Source: Candidatus Uhrbacteria bacterium RIFCSPHIGHO2_02_FULL_46_47
GTDB taxonomy: Bacteria > Patescibacteriota > Patescibacteriia > GWA2-47-26
DNA length: 56,921 bases
Direction of reading: 5' to 3'
Assembly: GCA_001790815.1 (NCBI GenBank)
Contig: MGDU01000023.1
Location: 1 to 56,921 of the forward strand
The translations under genes were made by a program, and so were the position numbers. Within the stretch, counting starts at the first letter, position 1. Each line of letters starts with the position of its first letter. Positions 1-8,159 of this stretch are shown in pieces. The notes beneath the pieces were generated by a model, which saw only the letters and a list, made by a program, of their open reading frames with translations, was not told the DNA's origin and did no database searches.

Positions 1-1220
1 GGGTTTCCAGACCTTCCTCCAGGGATCCCGCGGCAAGCCGCGGGGAAATCCGCTACGCGGATTATACCTCCACCAATCAAATTATCTCCATCATAAAACA
101 CAATAGATTGCCCCAGTGCAACCGCGCGTGCTGGTTCATCAAATATCACACGGCATGCACTTTCATACACTATAGTATGAAAGTGTACATTTACAGAAGT
201 GAGGAGGGCGCGATAACGCACGCGTGCCATAAGTTTTCTGCCACTTTCAGGGTATTCTCCTATCCAATTTACATTTCGTATAGTACACTCAACCGCTCGA
301 TAATCCGGTTCATCTTTTTCATTGGCCACGACCAAGGTATTGTGCACCAAATCTTTTTCTACCACAAAATATGGCCCGTTTCCGCCGAGTTTTGTGCCTT
401 GCCGCTGGCCAATAGTAAAATGCGCAAGACCATCATGGTAGCCCAAGAGATTTCCATGCACATCCACAATAGGTCCGGATTGACGGCTCCTTGTGGCCAG
501 GTCACGGGTTGCGCCTGCGGCAGTGACCTGGCCACTTCCGCCGTACAAAAATTCCTTTAACTTAATTTTTCCCAAAAAACAAACGCCTTGGCTGTCTTTC
601 TTCCCTGCATTATGCAAGCCAAACTTTTTTGCCATCTCTCGCACTTGTGGCTTGGTATACTCACCAATGGGAAACATTATGTGCTTAAGTTGCTCCTGCG
701 TCAATTGCCACAAAAAATAACTCTGATCTTTATTCTTATCCACTGCCGCATACAATTCATACTGTGAACTGTGAACTGATGACTGTGAACTCAATTGTGC
801 ATAATGCCCAGTGGCCACATAATCATATCCAGCCGCAAGTGCTTTCGTAAGTCCAATGCCAAATTTAATTTCAGAATTGCAAAGCACATCCGGATTTGGA
901 GTCCGCCCGGCCGCGTATTCGCTGTAAAAATTTTTAAGCACGCGCTCTTTATATTCCTGTGTAACATCCCAAACTGTAAATGGAATGCCCAAATGCGCTG
1001 CCACCCGCGCCGCATCTTGCATCTCCCTAGCCCAGCACGGATCGCCTAATGACACTGAGTCTTTGTGTTGCGCCGCGGGCAATGACTCAGTGTCGGACGG
1101 TTCCCACAATTTCAAATAAACCCCGGCCACCTCGTGACCGGCTTGTTTTAGCAATGCCGCGCAAACCGAAGAATCCACCCCGCCGGACATTAAGACTAGA
1201 ATTTTCTTTGGCTTTTCCAT
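1..1220 (-). CDS. mnmA: tRNA-specific 2-thiouridylase MnmA (3' end runs off the window)
   Basis: Manual translation from ATG 1220: MEKPKKILVLMSGGVDSSV...RTPNPDVLCN...ATGHYA...KDQSYF...GQSIVFYDGDNLIGGGII. No stop before position 1, so it is missing from the ORF track. Confidence 0.95.
   Translation of the reverse strand, partial: MEKPKKILVLMSGGVDSSVCAALLKQAGHEVAGVYLKLWEPSDTESLPAAQHKDSVSLGDPCWAREMQDAARVAAHLGIPFTVWDVTQEYKERVLKNFYSEYAAGRTPNPDVLCNSEIKFGIGLTKALAAGYDYVATGHYAQLSSQSSVHSSQYELYAAVDKNKDQSYFLWQLTQEQLKHIMFPIGEYTKPQVREMAKKFGLHNAGKKDSQGVCFLGKIKLKEFLYGGSGQVTAAGATRDLATRSRQSGPIVDVHGNLLGYHDGLAHFTIGQRQGTKLGGNGPYFVVEKDLVHNTLVVANEKDEPDYRAVECTIRNVNWIGEYPESGRKLMARVRYRALLTSVNVHFHTIVYESACRVIFDEPARAVALGQSIVFYDGDNLIGGGIIRVADFPAACRGIPGGRSGN
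27..63. repeat. Two adjacent REP-like hairpins
   Basis: CCCGCGGC-AA-GCCGCGGG (27-44) and AATCCGC-TAC-GCGGATT (47-63) are perfect inverted repeats. Confidence 0.7.
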
Positions 1221-1232
1221 ATCTCAATTAAA

Positions 1233-1289
1233 TGTAGCCGCAACTCTTTAGGTTGCGCAACCAATGCCGGCTAAAGACCGGCGGCTACA
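1233..1289. repeat. GTAG-type REP doublet (family G1)
   Basis: GTAGCCGCAACTCTTTAGGTTGCG...GCCGGCTAAAGACCGGCGGCTAC. Related copy at 10261-10360. Confidence 0.8.
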
Positions 1290-1320
1290 ATTCAGTATAA
1301 TTCAAAAACGAAATTTTTGC

Positions 1321-1355
1321 AATTAAAAGAGCCGCGAGTTTGCAGTCCTCGCGGC
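1321..1355 (-). terminator. Intrinsic terminator of the 496-aa gene
   Basis: Stem GCCGCGAG/CTCGCGGC (1331-1338, 1348-1355) followed on the minus strand by TCTTTTAATT. Confidence 0.7.
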
Positions 1356-1422
1356 CTTGGAGCTTGACCCTGCTCCGGGGCTTGCCCGCCTAGGTTTTCC
1401 GAAGAAAATCTTGGCGGGGTAC

Positions 1423-2913
1423 TTACTTCTTGCCGCCCTTCTTGCGGTACGACTGGCCGAGGAGACCAGAGCCCTCGTTGGACTTCATGGCCGAGCGCTG
1501 AGCGCGGTTTTCCGCCGCCTTCTGCCCGCGCTTGCCTTCCCGCCTGGCACGCGTCATCGCGTTCTTGTGCCGCTTCCGACACCCGCCGCACACGCCCACG
1601 AGTTGATCCGGCGCGCCGCTCTCCTTGTCGAAGAGCTTGGAAACGGACGCACCGCAGTCCGCGCACCGGAGCGATCCCTTCGCGCCGTTTTTCACATGTG
1701 CTTTGCCTGCCTGCCAGGCCTCGGGCCACTTGGCCTTGATGTGCTCGATCACCTTGTAGCGCAGGTAGCCGAGCGTCTTGAACTCCGGCCCATGGAGCAG
1801 GCAGCTCTTGGCCAACGCCTTGGCCTGCTTGCGTGCCACGCTGTCGTGCTGGTGCAACTCGGAGTCCGGCGTGTCCAAATCGCTGTGCGCCGCGAGAAGG
1901 TCGTCGTAGCGACCCTTTGTGGTTCCGAGAATCGCGAAACAATCCTCCGCGCTACCGAGCTCCTCGTTTCTGAACTTTGGAATCTCGGAGAGCCGCTCGC
2001 TGGGGTTGCCCTTGACCTCCTTGGCCATGTTGCAGGCGACCGTGATGGGCTCGGCCTTCCTCGCCGGCACGCTCCCCGCCCCACCCTTGATGAGCTCGAG
2101 CTTTGGCACGGGCAAATCCGGCATCAGCTTGACCGCCGACGTGATCGGCTCCGCGATCCCGAGCTCCAGCTTCTTCGCATGGATTGCTTCTTCCATCGCG
2201 CGGATGGCGAGAACCTTGAGCGCGCGCTCGATCGCGGCCTTCTTGGTTTGGTACGCGGACTCGTCCACGAACCCGGCCGCGAAGGACTCGTTAAGGGTCT
2301 TGGCGAGCTTCATGAGCTCCTTCTTGCTCTTGCCGGCGTACTCCTCCGGCACCACCGTGGCAGGCGCAAGAGTGACCGGCCTGGTCGGCGTTTGCGCGGT
2401 CTGCTCCGCGGTCTTCTGCGCCGCCGCCTCTTCCTTCTGCCGCACGAACTTCTCGGCCAGCCGGTTGCCCAGCTCCCGCGCCTTGGGCAGGCGCTCCTGC
2501 CGCGTTTCCATCTCGCGGGCCACGCCCTGCGTCCGCTTGGAATCGGGGTTCTCCGCCGCTCTGTCATCGGCCACGCCGGCGTTGTGCAGGGTCTTGAACA
2601 GGTAGTAGAACTTGAACTCGTCGCCAAGTCCGAACTCGTACCGGCCGATCTTCAAGACCTCGCGACCGTGGCTGTGGCACAGCACGAACGGCCCCACCGT
2701 GACCATGGCATCCTGCTTGCAATTCGTATTGCCGGTTGCCGTGCAGTCCGCAATCGCGCAGCTGTACGACCCATCCGCGCCGCAGTAGAACGCAAGCTGA
2801 GTGAGCGACGGCATGCGCTGGTACAGGTAGTCGTAGGTCAGCAGGCATGCCGCGTCGCGCGCGGAAAATCTCGTCAAGGTCGCAGTCTTCGCCAGAACTT
2901 CCATCTCGGCCAT
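1423..2913 (-). CDS. GC-rich hypothetical protein with Cys/His clusters and Lys/Arg-rich C-terminus
   Basis: 496-aa ORF with GC3-rich codons, purine-rich RBS (AAAGGAAAGG), upstream promoter and downstream terminator. CxxxC/CxxH and CxxC...CxxC motifs. Confidence 0.75.
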   Translation of the reverse strand: MAEMEVLAKTATLTRFSARDAACLLTYDYLYQRMPSLTQLAFYCGADGSYSCAIADCTATGNTNCKQDAMVTVGPFVLCHSHGREVLKIGRYEFGLGDEFKFYYLFKTLHNAGVADDRAAENPDSKRTQGVAREMETRQERLPKARELGNRLAEKFVRQKEEAAAQKTAEQTAQTPTRPVTLAPATVVPEEYAGKSKKELMKLAKTLNESFAAGFVDESAYQTKKAAIERALKVLAIRAMEEAIHAKKLELGIAEPITSAVKLMPDLPVPKLELIKGGAGSVPARKAEPITVACNMAKEVKGNPSERLSEIPKFRNEELGSAEDCFAILGTTKGRYDDLLAAHSDLDTPDSELHQHDSVARKQAKALAKSCLLHGPEFKTLGYLRYKVIEHIKAKWPEAWQAGKAHVKNGAKGSLRCADCGASVSKLFDKESGAPDQLVGVCGGCRKRHKNAMTRARREGKRGQKAAENRAQRSAMKSNEGSGLLGQSYRKKGGKK

Positions 2914-2992
2914 GGCGCACCTTTCCTTTCAATTTGCCGTGAATTTTAAAGATCACACCTTGGCGCACGGCTACGCCAACAGTGAACTATAT

Positions 2993-3021
2993 AAGATACT
3001 ACAAAAACGCCCTTTTGTCAA
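2993..3021 (-). promoter_or_regulatory. Sigma70-type promoter TTGACA-N17-TATCTT
   Basis: Minus-strand -35 at 3021-3016 and -10 at 2998-2993. The -35 lies inside the hairpin GCCCTT-GACAA-AAGGGC followed by GTTTTT. Confidence 0.65.
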
Positions 3022-3055
3022 GGGCTTGTTGAGAAAATTTTCCGTATTTACGCCA

Positions 3056-3829
3056 TTATTTAATCTGTTGCTCTATCCATTTTGCCACTTCATCCATAAA
3101 TTCCGGTTCGTTCTCAAACATAGTTGTACCATGCCCAGCGTGCTGAAATTCTTTTGTTATATGCTTTGCGGGAGTCACTTGCGCAAGTTTGGCAATTGCA
3201 GAAAATGATTCGGGATCATCTGCCGATGCCGCAAGATACAATGCCTGATTAAGTTTTAACACGCGCGCTAGTGGCTCTATTTTTATCCCGCGATAATCCA
3301 GGCCGGGCGAAAGTAAAACGGCTACCGGCACTTCAGGATTTTCCATCAGATATTGCAGCGCGAGATTTGCTCCAATGGACGCGCCCACAAGAGCAATCTT
3401 ATTTTTATGCGCACTATACTTTTTAACAAGCCAATCAACTGCCGCGCGCACATCCAATATCTTCGCCTGTTGCTCAGCATCTGTAAAATTCTGATAATCC
3501 AACACTGTGAACTGTGAACCTGCCTTGCCGGCAGGCAGGCTGTTGTCTGTCGACTTTTTCACGCTCTCCCCATGCCCGCGAAAATCAATTGCTAAACTGG
3601 AAATTCCAGCCGCACGCAACTTTTCCGCAAAGGCGGCATAACTTTCTTTCGTGGCCGGCATCATGTGCAAAAGCAAGGCCTGCGGCGCGCTCTCTCCTGC
3701 ATTAACATAGGTACCAACAATCATAACACCATCAGATGTTTGAAATGTTATTTTTTCTCCTTGTGGCATAGTTTTTGCGCATCCGCCGCCAAACAACAAA
3801 ATAATGCTTAGAAAAAGTAAGTATCTCAT
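3056..3829 (-). CDS. Alpha/beta hydrolase, probable lipoprotein
   Basis: Lipobox-like GGGC signal, GASIG nucleophile elbow, DFRGHG, C-terminal GHG. Carries the repeat-derived insert LPAGKAGSQFTV. Confidence 0.85.
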   Translation of the reverse strand: MRYLLFLSIILLFGGGCAKTMPQGEKITFQTSDGVMIVGTYVNAGESAPQALLLHMMPATKESYAAFAEKLRAAGISSLAIDFRGHGESVKKSTDNSLPAGKAGSQFTVLDYQNFTDAEQQAKILDVRAAVDWLVKKYSAHKNKIALVGASIGANLALQYLMENPEVPVAVLLSPGLDYRGIKIEPLARVLKLNQALYLAASADDPESFSAIAKLAQVTPAKHITKEFQHAGHGTTMFENEPEFMDEVAKWIEQQIK

Positions 3830-5673
3830 TTTTTATCATCAAATTTCACCACCTCGCCAAGTTTGAGCGGCGTAGGTTGTCCTGACGGTTGCGGCTCGGG
3901 CTGTTGCGGCCTTTGCCCGCCTAACTTTTGCCGTTGCGGAGGGAAAGTTTGGCGGGGTTGTTGTGGCTGGAGCGGTCTTTGCTGTGGCGGCCGCTGAAAT
4001 GGTGGTCTTTGCCCTTGTGGCTGTGATGGTCTTGGCTGTGCCGCTCCACTATGTGGAGCGAGCCTCGCCCCTTCGGGGCGGGGACCAAGCTTGATAAGCA
4101 CTGGTTTTTTCTGCATTGCCTCTTGAAGCGAAATCGGTTTTATCTCTTTTATTTCCTTTTCCTCAAGGAAGGGCTGACGGGACCCCACGGAGGAGACCCG
4201 CAGGCCCGCTTCATTTCCTTCTCCTACGCGCGCCGAGACGGTGGGGCTGAAGGATTTTGGGAGCGTCTGCAGGGCCGCTGTTTTAGGCGGCCCGAAAGAG
4301 GACCCTTGTATCCGTAAGCCCCCACCGCCCTGGCGCGCATCTCCTTCCCCTTCCTCCTCCACCTCCCCCATCCCAGTCCACCGCAAAACTTTTTCTTCCA
4401 CCAGCGCGGCTGGCTGGGCATAACGTTCGCGCGATACGCGGATGATTTTGTCGCGATTAGCTTGAAATTGCGCGATAGGCGCCATTGTTGTTGCTGAAAA
4501 TGGATTTGATGTTACGCCATCAATCATCAGCTTAAGATAAATATCGTATTTTGTCAGATTAACCAAATCTTCCGGCAATAAACGCGGCGTAAATTCTTTT
4601 TCAAGAAACTCCGCGTCCTCAGCGCCAATGCGAAATATAATCATAGTTCCCACGTTTCCAAATACGGCATCGCGCACTTTTGTTGATATGTCTGTAACTA
4701 ATTGTCCAATATATTGGTGGGCGATAATAAGATTGAGACGGTATTTGCGCGCTTCCGACAAAATATTGGCAAAACTTTCTGTGGCAAAATTTTGAAATTC
4801 GTCAACATATAGATAAAAATCTCTCCGCTCGGATTCCGGCATATCAACTCGTTCCATTGCCGCAAGCTGTATTTTTGTAATCAGCATTCCTCCCAAAAGT
4901 CGCGAGGTGTCTTCACCAAGCCGTCCTTTTGAAAGATTCATTATCAAAATTTTTCCGCCATCCATAATCTCGCGCATGTTAATTGTTGACTTCACCTGCG
5001 CGACGATATTGCGGATAATTGAGGCTGACAAAAATTGCCCGACTTTATTTTGAATTGGCTGAATTGCCTCCGTGCGAAACTTCATCTCCCAGGCCTGGTA
5101 TTCATCCACCCAAAATGCTTTCACGATTGGATCGCGAATTTTCGCAATCACGCGGCGGCGGAAATTTTTGTCAACCAGCAAGCGATTAATGCCCAAAAGC
5201 GTTGAACCCGGATAATCAAGCAAGGCCAAAATGCAATTATTTAAAATATGCTCCATGCGCGCGCTCCACACATCCGGCCAAATTTTCTTAAATACCCCCA
5301 TGAGTCCTTGGGCTACTAAATGCTTGTGCAAGGGGTTTACAGCCTCAAGTACATTAAACGCAACCGGATATTCATGATCTGCCGGATTAAAATACACAAT
5401 ATCATTAATGCGATTGGACGGAATATAGTCCAATAATTTTTCACCCATATCACCGTGAGGATCTACAACCGCAACCCCATGCCCGGCATTAATATCATTT
5501 ACAATCATATTTTCAAGCACAGTAGTTTTTCCCATGCCGGTTTTTCCCAGCATATAAACATGCCGGCGCCGATCATCGGTCTTTATTCCAAATTTCCGCT
5601 GTTGATTGCGAAAATTTGTCATGGCAAAAAAATTGATTTCTTCGTCGTGATTGTGGTTGTAAGCAATGGGCAT
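3826..5673 (-). CDS. VirB4/VirD4/HerA-like ATPase (DUF87/TrwB-type), CPR-typical, with Pro/Gln-rich tail
   Basis: DDRRRH..GKTGMGKT Walker A, YVDEFQN Walker B, LSEARKYRLNLIIAHQY. Start probably 5673 (track start 5694 lies in a repeat). Confidence 0.85.
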   Translation of the reverse strand: MPIAYNHNHDEEINFFAMTNFRNQQRKFGIKTDDRRRHVYMLGKTGMGKTTVLENMIVNDINAGHGVAVVDPHGDMGEKLLDYIPSNRINDIVYFNPADHEYPVAFNVLEAVNPLHKHLVAQGLMGVFKKIWPDVWSARMEHILNNCILALLDYPGSTLLGINRLLVDKNFRRRVIAKIRDPIVKAFWVDEYQAWEMKFRTEAIQPIQNKVGQFLSASIIRNIVAQVKSTINMREIMDGGKILIMNLSKGRLGEDTSRLLGGMLITKIQLAAMERVDMPESERRDFYLYVDEFQNFATESFANILSEARKYRLNLIIAHQYIGQLVTDISTKVRDAVFGNVGTMIIFRIGAEDAEFLEKEFTPRLLPEDLVNLTKYDIYLKLMIDGVTSNPFSATTMAPIAQFQANRDKIIRVSRERYAQPAALVEEKVLRWTGMGEVEEEGEGDARQGGGGLRIQGSSFGPPKTAALQTLPKSFSPTVSARVGEGNEAGLRVSSVGSRQPFLEEKEIKEIKPISLQEAMQKKPVLIKLGPRPEGARLAPHSGAAQPRPSQPQGQRPPFQRPPQQRPLQPQQPRQTFPPQRQKLGGQRPQQPEPQPSGQPTPLKLGEVVKFDDKK

Positions 5674-5682
5674 AGGTGCAAT

Positions 5683-5781
5683 GCTGTGATGCAAATCTAC
5701 AAATCTTATGCTAATCTACGAATTGCGAATGAATTATTTGTTATTTGTAGATTGGCATGAAATTCGTACATTGGCATCATA
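5683..5781. repeat. ~97-bp AT-rich hairpin repeat, copy 1 (family H)
   Basis: Near-identical to 30060-30154 (reverse complement) and 40847-40945. 36-bp imperfect terminal inverted arms. Confidence 0.92.
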
Positions 5782-5784
5782 GTT

Positions 5785-7200
5785 TTATCCAATCGGTAAG
5801 TTCTCGGGCGTTTCCTCAGCCGGCAATTCTTTCGGCGATGGAGTATGCACGCCGCCGCCATGCCGGCCGGCTACGCCGCCCATTGGAAGTTCGCGGGGTG
5901 GCTCCGCGCGCTTACTCTCGGCTTTCTTAATAAGCGGCGCTTTTACCGCCTCCGCAATTGGGAAATGCCAAAGCGTGGCCAGCTCTTCAATATTGAGAAC
6001 ATACCCAATATGTCCTCGCCAATTACTGCGCGCTTTGTAGGCGCGGACAATTTTTCTGCGTTTCCAATTTTTGCGCTGTTCCTTAAAAAGATAATGCGCG
6101 TGCGTGCCGATTTTTTTCGTATCCGGCTTTAAGGCATTGAGATCTTCTGTATTGACCTGTTTCATGGCGCCAACCATTCCCCAGGCGACTTTTGGCCGAT
6201 TCATTATATCATGGGGCGCTACATAAATCCCCCGTATTTTTGTGTGAAATCCAATTTTTGCCGCCTTGTGCTCAATTTCCTCAATAATTTCCCTTTCCCC
6301 CGGAGTTAAATACAGCATCTTGGATGGCAATGATTCTTTGGCGTGCGCGTCATGCGCGGGATCTCCCGGCATAAACGCGTCAATTACCATCTCTCCAATA
6401 AGTCCGGGAACGCGCATTATTTTATCAAACAATGTTGTCTTATGTTCTGAAGGAATTCCGGCAAGTTTTTCAATCAAATGATAACTTTTATCCTGCCAGC
6501 TATGAGACGCGATAGGAGTAATAATAATCTGCAACCCGGCAAATTCACCTTGGCGCAGAGAACTAAATGTTTCAAGAAGCGCCGCCATTGGATCCTTAAA
6601 GGTGGCTTCCTCCGCGGTTTCATCATGAAACTCTTCATAGGTGCGAATGGGATATGCTTGTGGCTGAACCAGTTTCCATTCAGTTCCCCATAATTGCCAC
6701 TCCGGATTTGGATATTGATTGGGAAACCACTGCGCGTAATCTTCCGCTTCTCTAATTTCGGCACTTGGGTATTGCGCGTAAATAGCAGACTCAACAAGAT
6801 CGCGCGTTTTAGTTGTAGTGTAAATATAAAATTGTATGTGCCCCTCGGTGCTTACGATTTCCAAGCTGAAATAGGGCTGGGAAAACCCGGTAATGTATTT
6901 CTGTATTAAATCCGGCTTATCATGCGCGCCAGCCAGATGGGCTAAAACATTTTCCACTGCCTTAAGCGTTTGAATATTCTCAGCTGGAACATCAACTGCT
7001 AGCAGCACCCACTTATATTCCCCAGCCGCCTTAAGGGTAATATGCAGTATCCACATCCACTTAAATCCCGCAAAAATCGCGATAACCATGGGAATCCAAG
7101 CTCCATGAATAAACAAATACCACATGCCGTGCAGTGGCGACTGCGCCGCGGCCGCCAAAAGCGGGGTAAAATCAAGAGTCAGCGGGCCAATCTGGATCAT
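5785..7200 (-). CDS. Conserved CPR membrane-anchored protein, partner of the VirB4-like ATPase
   Basis: N-terminal TM segment, FSLEIVSTEGHIQFY, YPIRTY, LNIEELATLWHFP motifs. Start at 7200, 8 nt after TATACT. Confidence 0.75.
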   Translation of the reverse strand: MIQIGPLTLDFTPLLAAAAQSPLHGMWYLFIHGAWIPMVIAIFAGFKWMWILHITLKAAGEYKWVLLAVDVPAENIQTLKAVENVLAHLAGAHDKPDLIQKYITGFSQPYFSLEIVSTEGHIQFYIYTTTKTRDLVESAIYAQYPSAEIREAEDYAQWFPNQYPNPEWQLWGTEWKLVQPQAYPIRTYEEFHDETAEEATFKDPMAALLETFSSLRQGEFAGLQIIITPIASHSWQDKSYHLIEKLAGIPSEHKTTLFDKIMRVPGLIGEMVIDAFMPGDPAHDAHAKESLPSKMLYLTPGEREIIEEIEHKAAKIGFHTKIRGIYVAPHDIMNRPKVAWGMVGAMKQVNTEDLNALKPDTKKIGTHAHYLFKEQRKNWKRRKIVRAYKARSNWRGHIGYVLNIEELATLWHFPIAEAVKAPLIKKAESKRAEPPRELPMGGVAGRHGGGVHTPSPKELPAEETPENLPIG

Positions 7201-7276
7201 AGTTATCCAGTATAGCACAAAAAAGAAGCACATACAATGACGTACGCGCTTCAAAACGTTACAAAGCGGGATATCA

Positions 7277-8158
7277 CTATCTTCTTCTCAGATTATACCA
7301 GGTTACCAAAAACGGCGCGGCAATAAATATGGATGAATAAGTTCCAACCGCAATACCTACAATAAGGGCAAGCGCAAAACTTTGCAGTGACGGGCCGCCA
7401 AAAAGAAAAATCGCAAAAAGCGCGAGCGTGGTCGTAACCGATGTATTAATCGAGCGACTAATTGTTTGGTGCACCGATGCTTCAACAATTTCTTCAAAAG
7501 TACCCTTGAGTTTGCGCACGTTTTCGCGCACGCGGTCAAGCACCACAATGGTATCGGAAATTGAATATCCCAAAATGGTAAGCACTGCGGCAATAAATGG
7601 ACTCCCAACCTCCCATCCTCTAAAATGTCCAAGATACGCAAACAGCCCAAGCGGGATGAGTACGTCATGCAAAAACGCAATGATCACAATGCCGGCGTAC
7701 ACCAGCGCGGGAACCGGCCGTGACACATGCCGGAATGACCACGCAATATAAAATAAGATCATGAGGGTTACCAGAATAACTGACAAAAGCGCGCGGCGGA
7801 AAAGCTCACGGCCAACTGTGGGGCCGATGGAATCAAAACGCACTTCAGTTACTTCTCCGAATTTTTCCTTAAGCTGAAATACAAGATCTTGATGCTCACC
7901 TTCCTTGACCGGCTGAAAACGCAACACCAATGTAGAATTGTCCGCGCTCTGAATTGAAGGGGCCTCCAGATTTATGCTGGTAAATATGCCGGACACCTCT
8001 TCATTGGACGGCAGATTTTTAAATTGCACCTCTAAAAGAGATCCGCCAGTAAAATCAATACTCGGCTTAAGACCCCAAACAAAAAGTGCGATCAATGACA
8101 GCACGATAAGCGCGCCTGAGAATATAAACCAGATTTTTCTGTTTGCGATAATCTGCAT
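7277..8158 (-). CDS. secF: Protein translocase subunit SecF
   Basis: SIDFTGGS, IGPTVG, GYSISDTIVVLDRVREN, SRSINTS; six TM segments. Confidence 0.97.
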   Translation of the reverse strand: MQIIANRKIWFIFSGALIVLSLIALFVWGLKPSIDFTGGSLLEVQFKNLPSNEEVSGIFTSINLEAPSIQSADNSTLVLRFQPVKEGEHQDLVFQLKEKFGEVTEVRFDSIGPTVGRELFRRALLSVILVTLMILFYIAWSFRHVSRPVPALVYAGIVIIAFLHDVLIPLGLFAYLGHFRGWEVGSPFIAAVLTILGYSISDTIVVLDRVRENVRKLKGTFEEIVEASVHQTISRSINTSVTTTLALFAIFLFGGPSLQSFALALIVGIAVGTYSSIFIAAPFLVTWYNLRRR

Positions 8159-8159
8159 A

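Noticed and set aside
1357-2949. 530-aa plus-strand ORF and other overlapping ORFs in GC-rich genes
   Set aside because: Shadow ORFs expected from GC3-rich codons; promoter, RBS and terminator support the minus-strand frame.
3826-7200. Conjugative element or ICE
   Set aside because: No relaxase, integrase, mating-pair genes or att sites; flanked by housekeeping genes.
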